This document shows, in pieces, positions 63,171 through 64,000 of a stretch of DNA of 64,000 nucleotides. The DNA is from Ignavibacteriales bacterium. Lineage in GTDB: Bacteria > Bacteroidota > Ignavibacteria > UBA10030 > UBA6906. How positions within the stretch are numbered: position 1 is the first letter of the stretch; each line of letters starts with the position of its first letter. Below the pieces are notes generated by a model. That model was not told where the DNA came from and made no database searches. It saw nothing but the letters and a program-made list of their open reading frames with translations. Made by a program: the position numbers and the translations under genes. The stretch is taken from the NCBI GenBank assembly GCA_037441705.1, contig JBBIRR010000001.1, positions 308,070-372,069 on the forward strand, read 5' to 3'.

Positions 63171-63551
63171 ATGCTTCGCGCTTGCAAAGTAGCGCTCAGC
63201 ATGACGGTGCGATGAGTTTCGAGGAAAATTGGAGGCTGACCAAAAAGTAGTACCACGTCATTCTGAGCCTCGTTTCTCAGAGGCGAAGAATCCAGAACCG
63301 AGCCATTTACTGGATTCTTCACTCCGCTTCGCTCCGTTCAGAATGACAATGGTTTCTTTTTTTACAGCCTCAAAAGAACTCGCACCAGGAAACCTCGCGG
63401 ACTTCAGTCCCAGATTTGTTCTGGCCTAAAGCCCCGAGTGTTTTCTGTGTTGGTGGTCCACGATCTAAAGCTCGTGGCTAAGAGGTGTTGGCTCGTACTC
63501 GTTGCGTCCTTCTGCATGCTTCGCACTTGGAAGGCCGCGCTCAGCATGACG
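63171..63551 (+). repeat. Two 36-nt direct repeats (REP-like half elements)
   Basis: ATGCTTCGC.CTTG.AA.G..GCGCTCAGCATGACG at 63171-63206 and 63516-63551, 31 of 36 identical. Confidence 0.8.
63232..63371. mobile_element. Putative 140-bp MITE enclosing a REP-like inverted pair
   Basis: Ends GAGGCTG..AAAAA and TTTTT..CAGCCTC; internal GTCATTCTGAGC...GAAGAATCCAG pairs with CTGGATTCTTC...GTTCAGAATGAC. Confidence 0.65.
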
Positions 63552-63590
63552 ATGTTGGCAAGCGCACTCTCCGCGTTGCGTAAGCGCGGG

Positions 63591-63797
63591 GTCACGTAGC
63601 GACCTCATGATGATAGCCCGACCTTTCAAGGTCGGGATACGAGTATTCGCCTCATCACGACCGTCGCGTAGCGACGGACTGAAAACTACGGGACTCCACC
63701 GACGAACATCGCAAGCCTTGAAGTGCACCATCCGCTCCGTAGGAGCGGTACTGTTTGTAGAACTCACATCCAAGACACCTCTTAAGCCCCATGGGGC
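63591..63797. repeat. Cluster of short GC-rich REP-like palindromes
   Basis: GTCACGTAGCGAC, CCCGACCTT..AAGGTCGGG, CCGTCGCGTAGCGACGG, CCGCTCCGTAGGAGCGG, GCCCCATGGGGC. Confidence 0.7.
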
Positions 63798-63811
63798 GAC
63801 CTAATTATGTT

Positions 63812-63873
63812 CCGAACCGTGAATCCTGAATCCGCCTGCCGAACCCCAAACCCCGAACCTCGAACCGTGCATC
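63812..63873. repeat. Degenerate heptamer tandem repeat (CCGAACC type)
   Basis: CCGAACC GTGAATC CTGAATC ... CCGAACC CCAAACC CCGAACC TCGAACC GTGCATC. Confidence 0.7.
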
Positions 63874-64000
63874 TGCGATTGAACATGGTGGCGCGCGCCT
63901 CCGAAGGGTGGATGGTTCCCGCTTCGTCCAGCTTCGTGTTCTTTCGTGGAAAAAAGAAACGCCGGACGGGAGTCAGGCGCTACACATGCCCTGGGGCGTC

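Noticed and set aside
63171-63551. 36-nt repeats as a CRISPR array
   Set aside because: Only two copies, 345 nt apart, with no regular spacers and no cas genes.

Overview
This is a GC-rich bacterial chromosomal window. Gene content (11-subunit complex I without NuoEFG, ClpC, Omp85 barrel, lipoproteins) and clear Shine-Dalgarno and sigma70-type promoters fit an Ignavibacteria/Chlorobi-like member of the Bacteroidota-Chlorobiota group; that assignment is inference. Most of it is housekeeping: a TetR-HlyD-ABC-TolC efflux operon, mgtE, csp plus a DEAD-box helicase, aceA/aceB with a divergent RamB/PrpR-type regulator, clpC, an AddB-like nuclease, aat, purC, an M16 peptidase pair, an RsmB-like methyltransferase, clpB, dnaK, birA, coaX and nuoABCDHIJKLMN. 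I found no rRNA, tRNA or CRISPR array. Best candidates for undescribed biology: (1) a three-gene operon with its own promoter encoding an exported atypical kinase-like lipoprotein, an exported metallophosphoesterase and a POTRA-less Omp85 barrel; (2) an inactive-RadA plus small helical protein pair resembling the accessory genes of PolB2 mutasome-like operons, with no polymerase beside it and two ACGACA-N4-TGTC operators in its promoter; (3) an orphan sigma54 activator with a pseudo-receiver domain and a probable CTG start; (4) a long structured csp leader; (5) a nucleotidyltransferase/small-protein pair, a small ORF and repeat relics inserted into the nuo operon, plus a dense cluster of REP/MITE-like elements upstream of nuoA. 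All family calls come from motif recognition by eye; no database searches were run.
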